64,000 nucleotides of DNA, taken from assembly GCA_965233865.1 (NCBI GenBank), contig OZ247587.1, forward strand, positions 640,001 through 704,000. Direction: 5' to 3'. Shown here one piece after another: positions 21,264-29,523 of the stretch. This DNA is from Candidatus Neptunichlamydia sp. (lineage in GTDB: Bacteria > Chlamydiota > Chlamydiia > Chlamydiales > Simkaniaceae). The notes beneath the pieces are model-generated. The model searched no databases, was not told where the DNA came from, and saw only the letters and a program-made list of their open reading frames with translations. The position numbers and the translations under genes were made by a program. The first letter of the stretch is position 1; every line of letters starts with the position of its first letter.

Positions 21264-21743
21264 CTATCCTGCATTGACATTTTCTTTCTTGCTTATTTCT
21301 TTAAATACTTTTGTTATTTTTTGTAGATGCTCGACTACTCCCTCTAATGGAACGCACTCTGATATTTCATTTTTATATATTCTGCTTTTACAAACTGGGC
21401 AGCCTATTCCATTGCCTTGATCTACTGTTTGTCTACTTGATACAAGCGATCTGATTGTTTCTCTATTTAAAACATGCCCACATTTAAACACTCCTGGGAT
21501 GTTGTCCAGATTAAAAGGCTCCATAGTCACAGGGTCCAACGCATCAGGAGGAAGTTCCTCGCATAATGGCCTGAGTTCTTCTACTATCCCATCATTCTTT
21601 ATCTTGCTGGCCTTTACATCACGAACCTCAGATTCTTGAAGTTTCAATTGATCTCGCATTTCAGCTTCCTGCGTTTCAAGCTGCTGTCTGACAAATTGTT
21701 CAAAGTAAATAGTGTTTGATTGTAGACTTAATATGGCTGTCAT
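21264..21743 (-). CDS. Coiled-coil + RING/U-box-like protein (paralog 1, no partner gene)
   Basis: LRPLCEELPPDALDPVTMEP...CGH...CPVC; ATG at 21743 preceded by a TATAAT element shared with paralogs. Confidence 0.8.
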   Translation of the reverse strand: MTAILSLQSNTIYFEQFVRQQLETQEAEMRDQLKLQESEVRDVKASKIKNDGIVEELRPLCEELPPDALDPVTMEPFNLDNIPGVFKCGHVLNRETIRSLVSSRQTVDQGNGIGCPVCKSRIYKNEISECVPLEGVVEHLQKITKVFKEISKKENVNAG

Positions 21744-21933
21744 CTTGTTTATCCTCTTACCTTTATTATAACATACTCTGCACGGAATCATTGAATGAAA
21801 TCGTTCAAAATCAAAAATATTTTAGACCTTCGTTTCATAAAAATTCAACGCTTGCTGTTTACTGGATTTATATTTGCTGGTAAAGCTACAAAGGGATAAA
21901 ATGAGAATTAGACGAAAACAATGGATGATAATC

Positions 21934-22248
21934 ATGGACTGGACGCAAGCACTTACTGTTATAGGAGTTTTCATTGGTGGGTTTATCTACATGATGAACA
22001 AAATAGACGCAAATAAGAAAGACACTGATACAAAAATGGAGTCTCATCAAAAAGAAAATAACACACGCTTTAATGGCATAGAAAACCGTTTAACTGCCAT
22101 GGAAGTTGAAGTTAAAAACATCAATCAAAGAATCGATGACTTTAAACATGAAACAAGCCAAAGACTCTCTACGATTGAAGGGTATCTAGTCCCAAAGAAG
22201 GTATTTCACTTTGAGGAAAATAAAGACGAAGAACCCAAAGAGAACTAA
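21934..22248 (+). CDS. Small protein with N-terminal TM helix and coiled coil
   Basis: MDWTQALTVIGVFIGGFIYMM then heptad-rich RFNGIENRLTAMEVEVKNINQRID; start approximate. Confidence 0.65.
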   Translation: MDWTQALTVIGVFIGGFIYMMNKIDANKKDTDTKMESHQKENNTRFNGIENRLTAMEVEVKNINQRIDDFKHETSQRLSTIEGYLVPKKVFHFEENKDEEPKEN

Positions 22249-22372
22249 GACATCTATCATGCTAACTGATAATGAAATGCTACAAAAACTTCAGGAATCT
22301 TTAGAGCTAAGATTCGATGATCAGAAGGATTTATTTCTGTACGAATGCCCAAAAAATAGCAATCAGCTTTTG

Positions 22373-22813
22373 CTATTTACTCTCTGAAGAATTTTCTATC
22401 TCAGGAAGCTCATTTCTATGATGATCTAGGGCTTCTTTTTTGATCTTTTTAACAGCTTCTTTCCAGGTTGGTCTATTCAAGAATTTAATGCTTTCAACAT
22501 AGGCATCAGCTTTATCAAGCTCTTCAGCAAATTTGTAATATCTAAAGGGAGGCTGCACTTTTACTCTATGATCCTTGGAAATACTATAGACGATATTACG
22601 AAGCTCTATCCCAACATGCGGCACCTTGATTTTTACTGTGCTTTGAGCTATCCACTTTGATTTCACTTTGCTGTAGGGATAAATCTCTAGGACTTCTGTT
22701 TCCTCCATAATTGAAGCCTCTTCAGCTGTGGATGGTGCTTCATTAGCTTTTTCCTTTTTCTTTCGTTTAATTCTCTCTTTTGCCGTTTCTGCGACTGTGC
22801 TCTCTTGAGTCAC
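22373..22813 (-). CDS. Hypothetical protein, weakly SpoVG-like nucleic-acid-binding
   Basis: Last gene of the 4-gene minus-strand cluster; VKIKV..GIELRNI....V.VQPP.R......Y...IKF pattern loosely like SpoVG. Confidence 0.45.
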   Translation of the reverse strand: MTQESTVAETAKERIKRKKKEKANEAPSTAEEASIMEETEVLEIYPYSKVKSKWIAQSTVKIKVPHVGIELRNIVYSISKDHRVKVQPPFRYYKFAEELDKADAYVESIKFLNRPTWKEAVKKIKKEALDHHRNELPEIENSSESK

Positions 22814-22856
22814 TTTTTTACCCTGTTACTCCACTGTAAATTTTTAGTTGTAAGTT

Positions 22857-23201
22857 CTAATCATAATCTTTGAATTGCGCTCTATCTGACAATGCTTTTG
22901 GTCGTTTGAAACTTCTTGGCAGTACAGAATCTCTACTACTGAAGTTCATAGATTTCGCAACTTTAGGACGAGCTTCTTTGGCTATAATAATATTGCCTTC
23001 AAGATTTGCACTATCAAGTCTTCTGATTGCTAGTTTTGCTTCGGAATCTACCAGCATTGTAACAAATCCAAAGCCACGGGATACTTGCGTTTCATGATCT
23101 ACGATGACTTTTGCGGACAATACTTTTCCATATATGCTGAAGAGTTCTTTGAGTTGAGATGATGTTACGCTTAAGGGGAGGTTTTTTACGAATATATCCA
23201 T
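22857..23201 (-). CDS. RRM (RNP-1) RNA-binding protein
   Basis: RNP2 IFVKNL and RNP1 RGFGFVTM, C-terminal EARPK. Confidence 0.92.
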   Translation of the reverse strand: MDIFVKNLPLSVTSSQLKELFSIYGKVLSAKVIVDHETQVSRGFGFVTMLVDSEAKLAIRRLDSANLEGNIIIAKEARPKVAKSMNFSSRDSVLPRSFKRPKALSDRAQFKDYD

Positions 23202-23212
23202 GCTTTATCCTT

Positions 23213-23728
23213 TTAAACTTCGCTATTAATCATCCTTATGGCCTTGAGGTACCTTCCAAAGTGAGCTTTTTGTAGATAATTTAAGAGCTTTCTTCTTGCA
23301 AAGACATATCTTACTAAGAGCGCTCTCATGCTTAAGAACTCCTTAGTTTCTTTATCAACGCCATGCATGTCTATTTCTAATCTTTGAATTTTTTCGGTAT
23401 ATACGCCAATTTCCACGTCGCATGAAGCATTGTCCTGAGGAGATGTTTGCCACCGTTTGATGATGTCGCGCATGTCAACGATGTCAATACTATCAACCGT
23501 GCTTGATTTATTAGAAAGAGGCTTGCTTTTCTTGACTCTACTCGGAGGGACAAAATTTCGGATGGTTTTTTCGCAGTAGAAATTCTTGCCACTTACTTTC
23601 TTGCTTGGTTGAAAAACTCTTCTAGAAAGATAGCCTTTGAATAAATCTATAGAACAGCCAATGATCTGCGCTGCTTGCTTGGTGCTGATTAACTGACTTG
23701 TTTGTTGCGATTGTGTTTTCTCTGACAA
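23213..23728 (-). CDS. HTH DNA-binding domain fused to ribosomal protein S15-like domain
   Basis: LISTKQAAQIIGCS (excisionase/MerR-like HTH); C-terminal DNASCDVEIGVYTEKIQRL...RRKLLNYLQK....RY...I matches uS15; likely TTG start at 23728 after AAGGAG. Confidence 0.7.
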   Translation of the reverse strand: MSEKTQSQQTSQLISTKQAAQIIGCSIDLFKGYLSRRVFQPSKKVSGKNFYCEKTIRNFVPPSRVKKSKPLSNKSSTVDSIDIVDMRDIIKRWQTSPQDNASCDVEIGVYTEKIQRLEIDMHGVDKETKEFLSMRALLVRYVFARRKLLNYLQKAHFGRYLKAIRMINSEV

Positions 23729-23771
23729 GCTCTCACTTCTCCTTCTTAAAAAAGAAAGATACTTCCATAAA

Positions 23772-24512
23772 TCACGGTTTAGGAACAAGCTTTTCGTAAG
23801 CTGTCTTTGCAGCAATTTGCTCGGCTTGCTTTTTTGAGGTGCTTTCTCCTGTAGAGAGGTTATCGTCATTGAGGGTTAATTTTACTTTGAACATTGGAGC
23901 ATGATCAGGGCCGCTTCGTTCTGCGAGTGTGAAGATTAGTTGTCCCATACGATTTTTTTGGCAAAACTCATTCAAGAGGCTTTTCCAGTTCTTTTCAGCG
24001 AATTCTAAGGAATCCTCCAGCTCAATATTGAATTTATCAAGAAACATGTTGTGTATTGGCTCTAGAGATTTCCCAGCGTCGAGATATACAGCAGTTAGGA
24101 TTGCCTTAAAACATTTTCCTTTGAATGGAGCGATCTGTGCATCTGGGTTGATTAAGCCATGAGGGCATTGATATAGGTAGTGATTAAAAACCTGAAGTTT
24201 GTCGATGTACTTAACACAAGCATCGTTGCTAATATGCTTCGTTAGCATGGTGTTTTTTATGGACTTGTCTGCAGAGTGATGGTTCGCTTCGATATAGTCT
24301 GCGATAGCAAGCTGCAAAAGATAGTTTCCACGCCATACGAAATCTTCATTGGTTTCTCCGTCGTCGCTGACCATCCCCACCAAAGGAAAGCTAGAGTCCA
24401 TAAATGCTCTTGTTAGTAGATCCGTATCGTTGAATTTATGAGAGAGAGACTTTTCGATATTAGGAATGTTTTTCTGAAGGCTTGAGACCATTTGTATTGC
24501 TAGATTTGTCAT
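23772..24512 (-). CDS. RNase III-like protein with degenerate active site and intact dsRBD
   Basis: LSHKFNDTDLLTRAF; signature NEDFVWRGN (vs NERLEFLGD); GKCFKAILTAVYLD (vs ADxxEAxxGAxYLD); dsRBD KSLLNEFCQK..GPDHAPMF..SKKQAEQIAA. Confidence 0.85.
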   Translation of the reverse strand: MTNLAIQMVSSLQKNIPNIEKSLSHKFNDTDLLTRAFMDSSFPLVGMVSDDGETNEDFVWRGNYLLQLAIADYIEANHHSADKSIKNTMLTKHISNDACVKYIDKLQVFNHYLYQCPHGLINPDAQIAPFKGKCFKAILTAVYLDAGKSLEPIHNMFLDKFNIELEDSLEFAEKNWKSLLNEFCQKNRMGQLIFTLAERSGPDHAPMFKVKLTLNDDNLSTGESTSKKQAEQIAAKTAYEKLVPKP

Positions 24513-24701
24513 AAGAGGGGCCTTTTATTTTGTTTTGGGTGAAAGATTAACACAAAGAGAAATTTTGGGGAGATCTCCAAAAAACAAGGCTCAGATTTGC
24601 GCTGTGTTGCGCTGTTGGAGACTTAGAGTTGTGTTGGGATTGCGAGAAGATAAATCAGCTTAAAACGTGATTAAATGAGAATATGCGTGTTTAAGTATAA
24701 T

Positions 24702-24738
24702 TAGTTGGGATTTGGAAGGCTTTAATGTGAATTTAGTT
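24702..24738. repeat. Cassette downstream repeat, copy 1
   Basis: TAGTTGGGATTTGGAAGGCTTTAATGTGAATTTAGTT, 35/37 identical to 28032-28068. Confidence 0.85.
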
Positions 24739-24755
24739 AAAGTTTACGAAAAATA

Positions 24756-25937
24756 TCAAGTTCCAAAGTGACTATTGAAGGTGTTAAATAATTCTGGTCT
24801 ATTTGCAAAGCGCCCTTGTCCAATAAGAATATCTCGAAGTGATTCATTTACTTGTTCTCCATCATCATCAAATTGGGGGTAATCGTCCTCAATTATTGAT
24901 TTAATAAACCCTTTCCCACGCAACATATGACCTGGATGGAGATTTGCATAGTTTTCAACTGTGTCTTGGAAGTTTTCCTCCCCAAGACCTGAATTTATTC
25001 CAATATGACCGAGACGAGGACGTTTACCAAATTCTCTCCTAGCTGCATTCTCGTCATTTTCTATATTTCTGGCCTCTTCTAGGTCTGAATATAATGATGG
25101 AATTCCAGATGGATGAATCATTGGCAATGGAATAGATCTTCTGTTTATGGACTCTTGAGGATCTTTTAAAAAGGCTCTTTGATGGCCGTGTTCATGAAGC
25201 AAGTCATCTACAGTTCTTGGTTGTTTACCATAGAACGTACGTCCTTCATAATCATGACGCATTCTTGTGGAATCTTCTGATTCTTCCTCGTCACTAGGAA
25301 ATAAAAGTTCACCGCTATTAAGTTGTGATTGAGTAAATGGTGCCTTCTTTCCAGGAGGTTCGTATATCTCTAGATGATGTAAGGGCTCCGTTCCGTATCC
25401 AGTAACCATGTCTTTTTGCTCGAATTGTCCATCTGCTCCTTGCTTAACTCCGAAACCAAACCTATTACTGTGCGAGAATGGTAGCTTTGATTTTTGATGT
25501 TTTTCTATGTCATCCAGTAAAACTTTAAAATAACTTGGAGCTCCCTTAGATGCTATTCTTGCATCTTCCATAATCGCGTCTTTATCTTCAGAATCACCAC
25601 TAAAATCAAATAAGGATTCGTATCTATCTGTCAATACGTCTGAGAGGGAGCGCTGAGATGGTAATGGAAACTTCGCCTGCCTAGCTGGGAGGCCTCCTGT
25701 ATTGAAAGTATAGTTTAACTCCTTGGAATCTAAAGGAAATTTTGATTGACGTGTGGGGACTGATTCTGGACCAACATGCACGACATTTTTTCTTATTGGG
25801 CGTGAAGAGTCCACGTAGACTACATTTTCCCTCACTCTTTGAGGGGAATCAACGTAAACTACACTTTCTCTTTTTGTACCTTTTTTTTGCATTTTCAGGT
25901 TCAAGCGCTGCTGCTTTCTTCTTCGGTTGTGCTTCAT
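24756..25937 (-). CDS. HExxH zinc metallopeptidase-like protein (NleD/M91-like)
   Basis: LLHEHGHQ followed by EEARNIENDENAARREFGKRPRLGH; repetitive basic N-terminus; overlaps the upstream RING gene. Confidence 0.6.
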   Translation of the reverse strand: MKHNRRRKQQRLNLKMQKKGTKRESVVYVDSPQRVRENVVYVDSSRPIRKNVVHVGPESVPTRQSKFPLDSKELNYTFNTGGLPARQAKFPLPSQRSLSDVLTDRYESLFDFSGDSEDKDAIMEDARIASKGAPSYFKVLLDDIEKHQKSKLPFSHSNRFGFGVKQGADGQFEQKDMVTGYGTEPLHHLEIYEPPGKKAPFTQSQLNSGELLFPSDEEESEDSTRMRHDYEGRTFYGKQPRTVDDLLHEHGHQRAFLKDPQESINRRSIPLPMIHPSGIPSLYSDLEEARNIENDENAARREFGKRPRLGHIGINSGLGEENFQDTVENYANLHPGHMLRGKGFIKSIIEDDYPQFDDDGEQVNESLRDILIGQGRFANRPELFNTFNSHFGT

Positions 25938-26388
25938 TATTTTTTACCGTTTTTTTAAAAATTTTTGTTACTTTTTCAAGATGTTCTACTGTTTCATCAA
26001 ATGACTGATCATACAAGAAAAAATAGCCTCTTGTTTCTGTTCGACAAACTGGACAAGGTATCATGTCGTCTTTTGCCAACCCCATTGATTTTGCAACACT
26101 AACAGCCGTTTCAGAGCTTAATGAATGGCTACAACGCATCACTAAAGGAGTTCTCATCGGTTCATATGTCACTGGATCTAAAGCACAGTCAGGCAATTCT
26201 TCACAAAGTGGTCTTAGTTCTTCTACGATTCTATTATTCGTTATATTCTTAGCTTGCACTTCCCCCATCTCAGCTTCCCGTTCTTTTAGTTGGTCTCGCA
26301 TTTCGGATTCTTGTGTTTCCAGCTGACTACGCATGGCATTTTCAAAATAAGAAATGGTTCTCGTTGGTGTAATTGCTATGGATGACAT
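25849..26388 (-). CDS. Coiled-coil + RING/U-box-like protein (paralog 2)
   Basis: LRPLCEELPDCALDPVTYEPMRTP...CSH...CPVC; AAGGAG RBS; basic C-terminal extension. Confidence 0.8.
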   Translation of the reverse strand: MSSIAITPTRTISYFENAMRSQLETQESEMRDQLKEREAEMGEVQAKNITNNRIVEELRPLCEELPDCALDPVTYEPMRTPLVMRCSHSLSSETAVSVAKSMGLAKDDMIPCPVCRTETRGYFFLYDQSFDETVEHLEKVTKIFKKTVKNNEAQPKKKAAALEPENAKKRYKKRKCSLR

Positions 26389-26405
26389 GTTGTTCTCCTT
26401 GGGGT

Positions 26406-27431
26406 TTAACCTGCAAAAGCTGTGTTATAGCCTAGCCTAGTTGGTTGTATCTGTTCTCCCCTTTCATCATTCTCTTGAATTCCTTGAAATGTTTTCATCA
26501 CATCTTCTAACCAGCTTTTTGAGAATTTCCCATCGCCTTTTACTGAGCTCCAAAGAGAGCGTACTGGGTAATTATTTCCTTTTCTCGTTATAAAAACATG
26601 GTCTTCTGGCCTATCTTCATTGGCAAAAACAGTTGTCCCATCTGGAAGATCAAAATCTTGTAATTTATTATAGTCGATTTCGCCACGATTTCCAGGCGGA
26701 TTTAAAACATCTATAAGCCTTTCACCATAGGAAAGGCTGTATTTTCCAGGTTCTGTAGCTCTTTGAAGGCGTTCTTGTACTTCTTCTTTTTTCAGCTTGC
26801 CTCTTGAGATTAAGTCATAGCAAACCCCTTCAGCACAGTTCATCGTCTTTGGTTTTGAGCCTTTTTCGCTGTTATGGTCACTTCCATACTCGTCTGTAAC
26901 CCACCTTCCAAACGGTCTGGAGGAATAATCTTCATGGTCAGCAATAGGACCCCAGGCTACGTTCTTGTAATATTCAGAGTCATCTGGGTTTGTGAATGGT
27001 GTTCCTGGTTCTGATTCTCTTGAAGAGATTTGATCAAAAAGTCCTTCTTCAAACTCTCTATATTGCGGTTGTAGAGCAGAATGCAAACTCTGACTATCTG
27101 GAATCTGATCAAACATTTCCTCTTCTAACCCTCTGAATCGAGGTAGAGTCTGTAATAGATTTATTTGAGAATCTTCTAGCTCTAAGCTAGCATCATATCC
27201 ATATGGAAAACCAATATTACGGTTTGGTTCCTCATCTGAATCATAGTCCGGTGCATTTTTTGTAGGCATGGGTGTTTTATAGATAGTTGAAGTAGGTCGA
27301 AGAGGTGGAGGAGGTACTGGCCTGTATGAATATTCTCTAAGAGTTGCCATCCACTTTGCCATATCAATAGGCTGGTCTCCCATTTCTGGATCATATCTAG
27401 CAAACTGCTTTTTTCTATAATTACTCGGCAT
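26406..27431 (-). CDS. Papain-like (Cys-His) domain protein
   Basis: MNCAEGVCYDL...PDGTTVFANEDRPEDHVFITRKG..PVRSLWS; paralog of 28073-29083; start overlaps the end of RING paralog 3. Confidence 0.6.
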   Translation of the reverse strand: MPSNYRKKQFARYDPEMGDQPIDMAKWMATLREYSYRPVPPPPLRPTSTIYKTPMPTKNAPDYDSDEEPNRNIGFPYGYDASLELEDSQINLLQTLPRFRGLEEEMFDQIPDSQSLHSALQPQYREFEEGLFDQISSRESEPGTPFTNPDDSEYYKNVAWGPIADHEDYSSRPFGRWVTDEYGSDHNSEKGSKPKTMNCAEGVCYDLISRGKLKKEEVQERLQRATEPGKYSLSYGERLIDVLNPPGNRGEIDYNKLQDFDLPDGTTVFANEDRPEDHVFITRKGNNYPVRSLWSSVKGDGKFSKSWLEDVMKTFQGIQENDERGEQIQPTRLGYNTAFAG

Positions 27432-27822
27432 ATTTTTTAAAGATTCCGCTTATTTTTTTAAAAATTTCCACACAACCTTCTATAGGAATATATGGGTAAA
27501 GCATGTTGATTGTTGTTGAGGAGTTGCAAGATGGGCATTTTATTAAATCCTGCTTGTATAGCTTTTGTGTTTTAGCAATGCTCACAACTGTAGAAAGATT
27601 CAATGCGTGACCACACCTATATACTATACTTCTGTCTAAAGGCTCAAAAGTAACAGGGTCCAACGCGTCTGGAGGTAGTTCTTCGCACAAAGGCCTTAGT
27701 TCTTCAACAATCTTGCTATCTCTTGTCTGTCGTTCTTTATATCTCTCTTCAAACAATTCATCAATCGACATTGTTTGTGTTGCGACAGTAGTGCTGTTTT
27801 TTGGTGTGATTGATATGCTCAT
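27421..27822 (-). CDS. RING/U-box-like protein (paralog 3)
   Basis: LRPLCEELPPDALDPVTFEPL...CGH...CPSC; ATG at 27822 with AAGGAG RBS. Confidence 0.8.
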   Translation of the reverse strand: MSISITPKNSTTVATQTMSIDELFEERYKERQTRDSKIVEELRPLCEELPPDALDPVTFEPLDRSIVYRCGHALNLSTVVSIAKTQKLYKQDLIKCPSCNSSTTINMLYPYIPIEGCVEIFKKISGIFKKYAE

Positions 27823-28020
27823 CTTGTTCTCCTTGTGTCTATTATAACACATTTTGCACTGAATCGTAGCATGAATTCTTGTGTTTTTAAAAAATTTTTC
27901 ATGTAGAAATGCAGGGAGTATATCATGATAGGAATAACACGTATTTTGAATTTTTGATTCGTGCGCAAATCCGCCTGACCAAGAATAAAAAAAGAATGCT
28001 TTTTAGGGGTGGCCCCCTTT
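27820..28020 (-). repeat. Cassette upstream repeat (201 bp) with promoter and RBS, copy 1
   Basis: Ungapped match to 29521-29721 with about 19 mismatches by hand count; contains TGtTATAAT and AAGGAG on the minus strand. Confidence 0.9.
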
Positions 28021-28031
28021 TTAAGGGTAAC

Positions 28032-28068
28032 TAGTTGGGATTTGGAATGTTTTAATGTGAATTTAGTT
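28032..28068. repeat. Cassette downstream repeat, copy 2
   Basis: 35/37 identical to 24702-24738; ends 4 bp from the stop of 28073-29083. Confidence 0.85.
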
Positions 28069-28072
28069 CAAA

Positions 28073-29083
28073 TTATCGCATTTGTTGAAGAACAGGATCT
28101 GCAAAGGCTGTGTTGTAGCGAAGAGTTGTTTCTTTTCCATCCATTCCTTTCTCTTTGTAAAATTCATCTACAACGTCTTTTAGCCAACTTCGGGAAAAAT
28201 TACCGCTTCCCCGGTTTTTACTCCATAAAGAACGTACTGGATTACTCTCTCCAGTTCTTGTCATAAAAACATGGTCTCCTGGACTTTCGTCGTTTGCAAA
28301 TATAACAGATCCAGCAGGAATATTGTGTTTTCCAGATTGCACGTCATCATAGCTAACGGTTTTTCGAGTATCCTTAGGGTCAAGCACACTTAATAGACTG
28401 TCTGAATATGCGCGACCGACCGTTGGTCTCTTTTCTCCCCCCGGAAAATCAGCCGTAAGCCTTTCTCTGAGCTTTTCTTTATCTAGTTTTTCTCTTGAAA
28501 GAAGGTCGTAGCAAACACCTTCATAGCAATTCATCTTATTCGGTTTGTAATCGGAGTTTCCGTGAAGCCAGTCAGCAAATTGAGTTTGTTCTAGTCGGTC
28601 CGTGTTAATTGGCTCCCATTCGAGATTGTTGTAATATAGAGCTTCATCGGGTGGGGTTTCGCTTCTTTTTTGAAATGGGATTTTTCTTACGTCTTCTTGA
28701 AGATCTTCGGGACGGTAACGTCTTGCTGAACTAGATTTTGATCTTATGTTTTTGGGGAGTCCCCTTAAGTCTTCTTGTAAATCTTCGGGACGGTAACGTT
28801 CTTCCCCTAACCTTGAGTTTCTTGCTTCATATTCTGTTGTATATAAAGGCTTCATTGCTTTTTCGTATTCAGTCTCTACAGGATCGCCAGGGCGATAGTT
28901 TTGAAGCGCGTCCCTAAGTGAGACTTTATTTTCCCGTGCATCTTTTGCTCGTTGGTACATGTCTTTAAGGGTTACTTCGTCTATCTTGCCTTGTTCGTAG
29001 AGTCGGCCAAGACTACTAAGAATGCTCTCTTCTTCGCTTTCTAGATCTAGTGGTTGTTTAAGAGGATCAATGTAGTAGCTCAT
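28073..29083 (-). CDS. Papain-like (Cys-His) domain protein
   Basis: MNCYEGVCYDL...PAGSVIFANDESPGDHVFMTRTG..PVRSLWS; internal RYRPEDLQED x2; ATGA overlap with RING paralog 4. Confidence 0.6.
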   Translation of the reverse strand: MSYYIDPLKQPLDLESEEESILSSLGRLYEQGKIDEVTLKDMYQRAKDARENKVSLRDALQNYRPGDPVETEYEKAMKPLYTTEYEARNSRLGEERYRPEDLQEDLRGLPKNIRSKSSSARRYRPEDLQEDVRKIPFQKRSETPPDEALYYNNLEWEPINTDRLEQTQFADWLHGNSDYKPNKMNCYEGVCYDLLSREKLDKEKLRERLTADFPGGEKRPTVGRAYSDSLLSVLDPKDTRKTVSYDDVQSGKHNIPAGSVIFANDESPGDHVFMTRTGESNPVRSLWSKNRGSGNFSRSWLKDVVDEFYKEKGMDGKETTLRYNTAFADPVLQQMR

Positions 29084-29523
29084 GTGTTCTTCGCAAATAC
29101 CTTACTTATTTTTTCAAAAATTTCAACGCAGCCCTTTAGACTTACAGAAACAAAAAAATCATTTAGAACGGATTTATTCTTACATACCGGACAACTCATT
29201 AGGTCTTGTTGGCATAAATTGCTAGCCTTCGCAATAGCGACTATTGTCGAGGAATTTATAGTGTGACCACATCCATACGTTGCTGGCTTATAAAGAGGCT
29301 CCATGGTCACAGGGTCCAATGCATCATTAGGAATCTCCTCACAAAGTGGTCTCAACTCTTCTACAATCTTGCTGTCTCTTGCCTTTTCATACTTAAGCTC
29401 TCTTACTTCAGCTTCTCGTTCTTTTAATTCTGCTCGCGCTTCGGATTCTTGCGTTTCGAGCTGATCTCTGACAAATTGCTCAAAGTACATCGTGTTGTTT
29501 TGAATGCTTAATATGACGGACAT
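29080..29523 (-). CDS. Coiled-coil + RING/U-box-like protein (paralog 4)
   Basis: LRPLCEEIPNDALDPVTMEPLYKP...CGH...CPVC; ATG at 29523 with AAGGAG RBS. Confidence 0.8.
   Translation of the reverse strand: MSVILSIQNNTMYFEQFVRDQLETQESEARAELKEREAEVRELKYEKARDSKIVEELRPLCEEIPNDALDPVTMEPLYKPATYGCGHTINSSTIVAIAKASNLCQQDLMSCPVCKNKSVLNDFFVSVSLKGCVEIFEKISKVFAKNT

Noticed and set aside
22259..22387. 42-codon ORF after the coiled-coil gene
   Set aside because: Short, no motif, overlaps the end of the opposite-strand gene
23729..23869. N-terminal extension of ORF 23213..23869
   Set aside because: Overlaps the dsRBD coding region of the RNase III-like gene; an RBS and TTG at 23728 give a better start
23772..24512. 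Calling this gene the housekeeping rnc
   Set aside because: Catalytic residues are absent and the context is an accessory island
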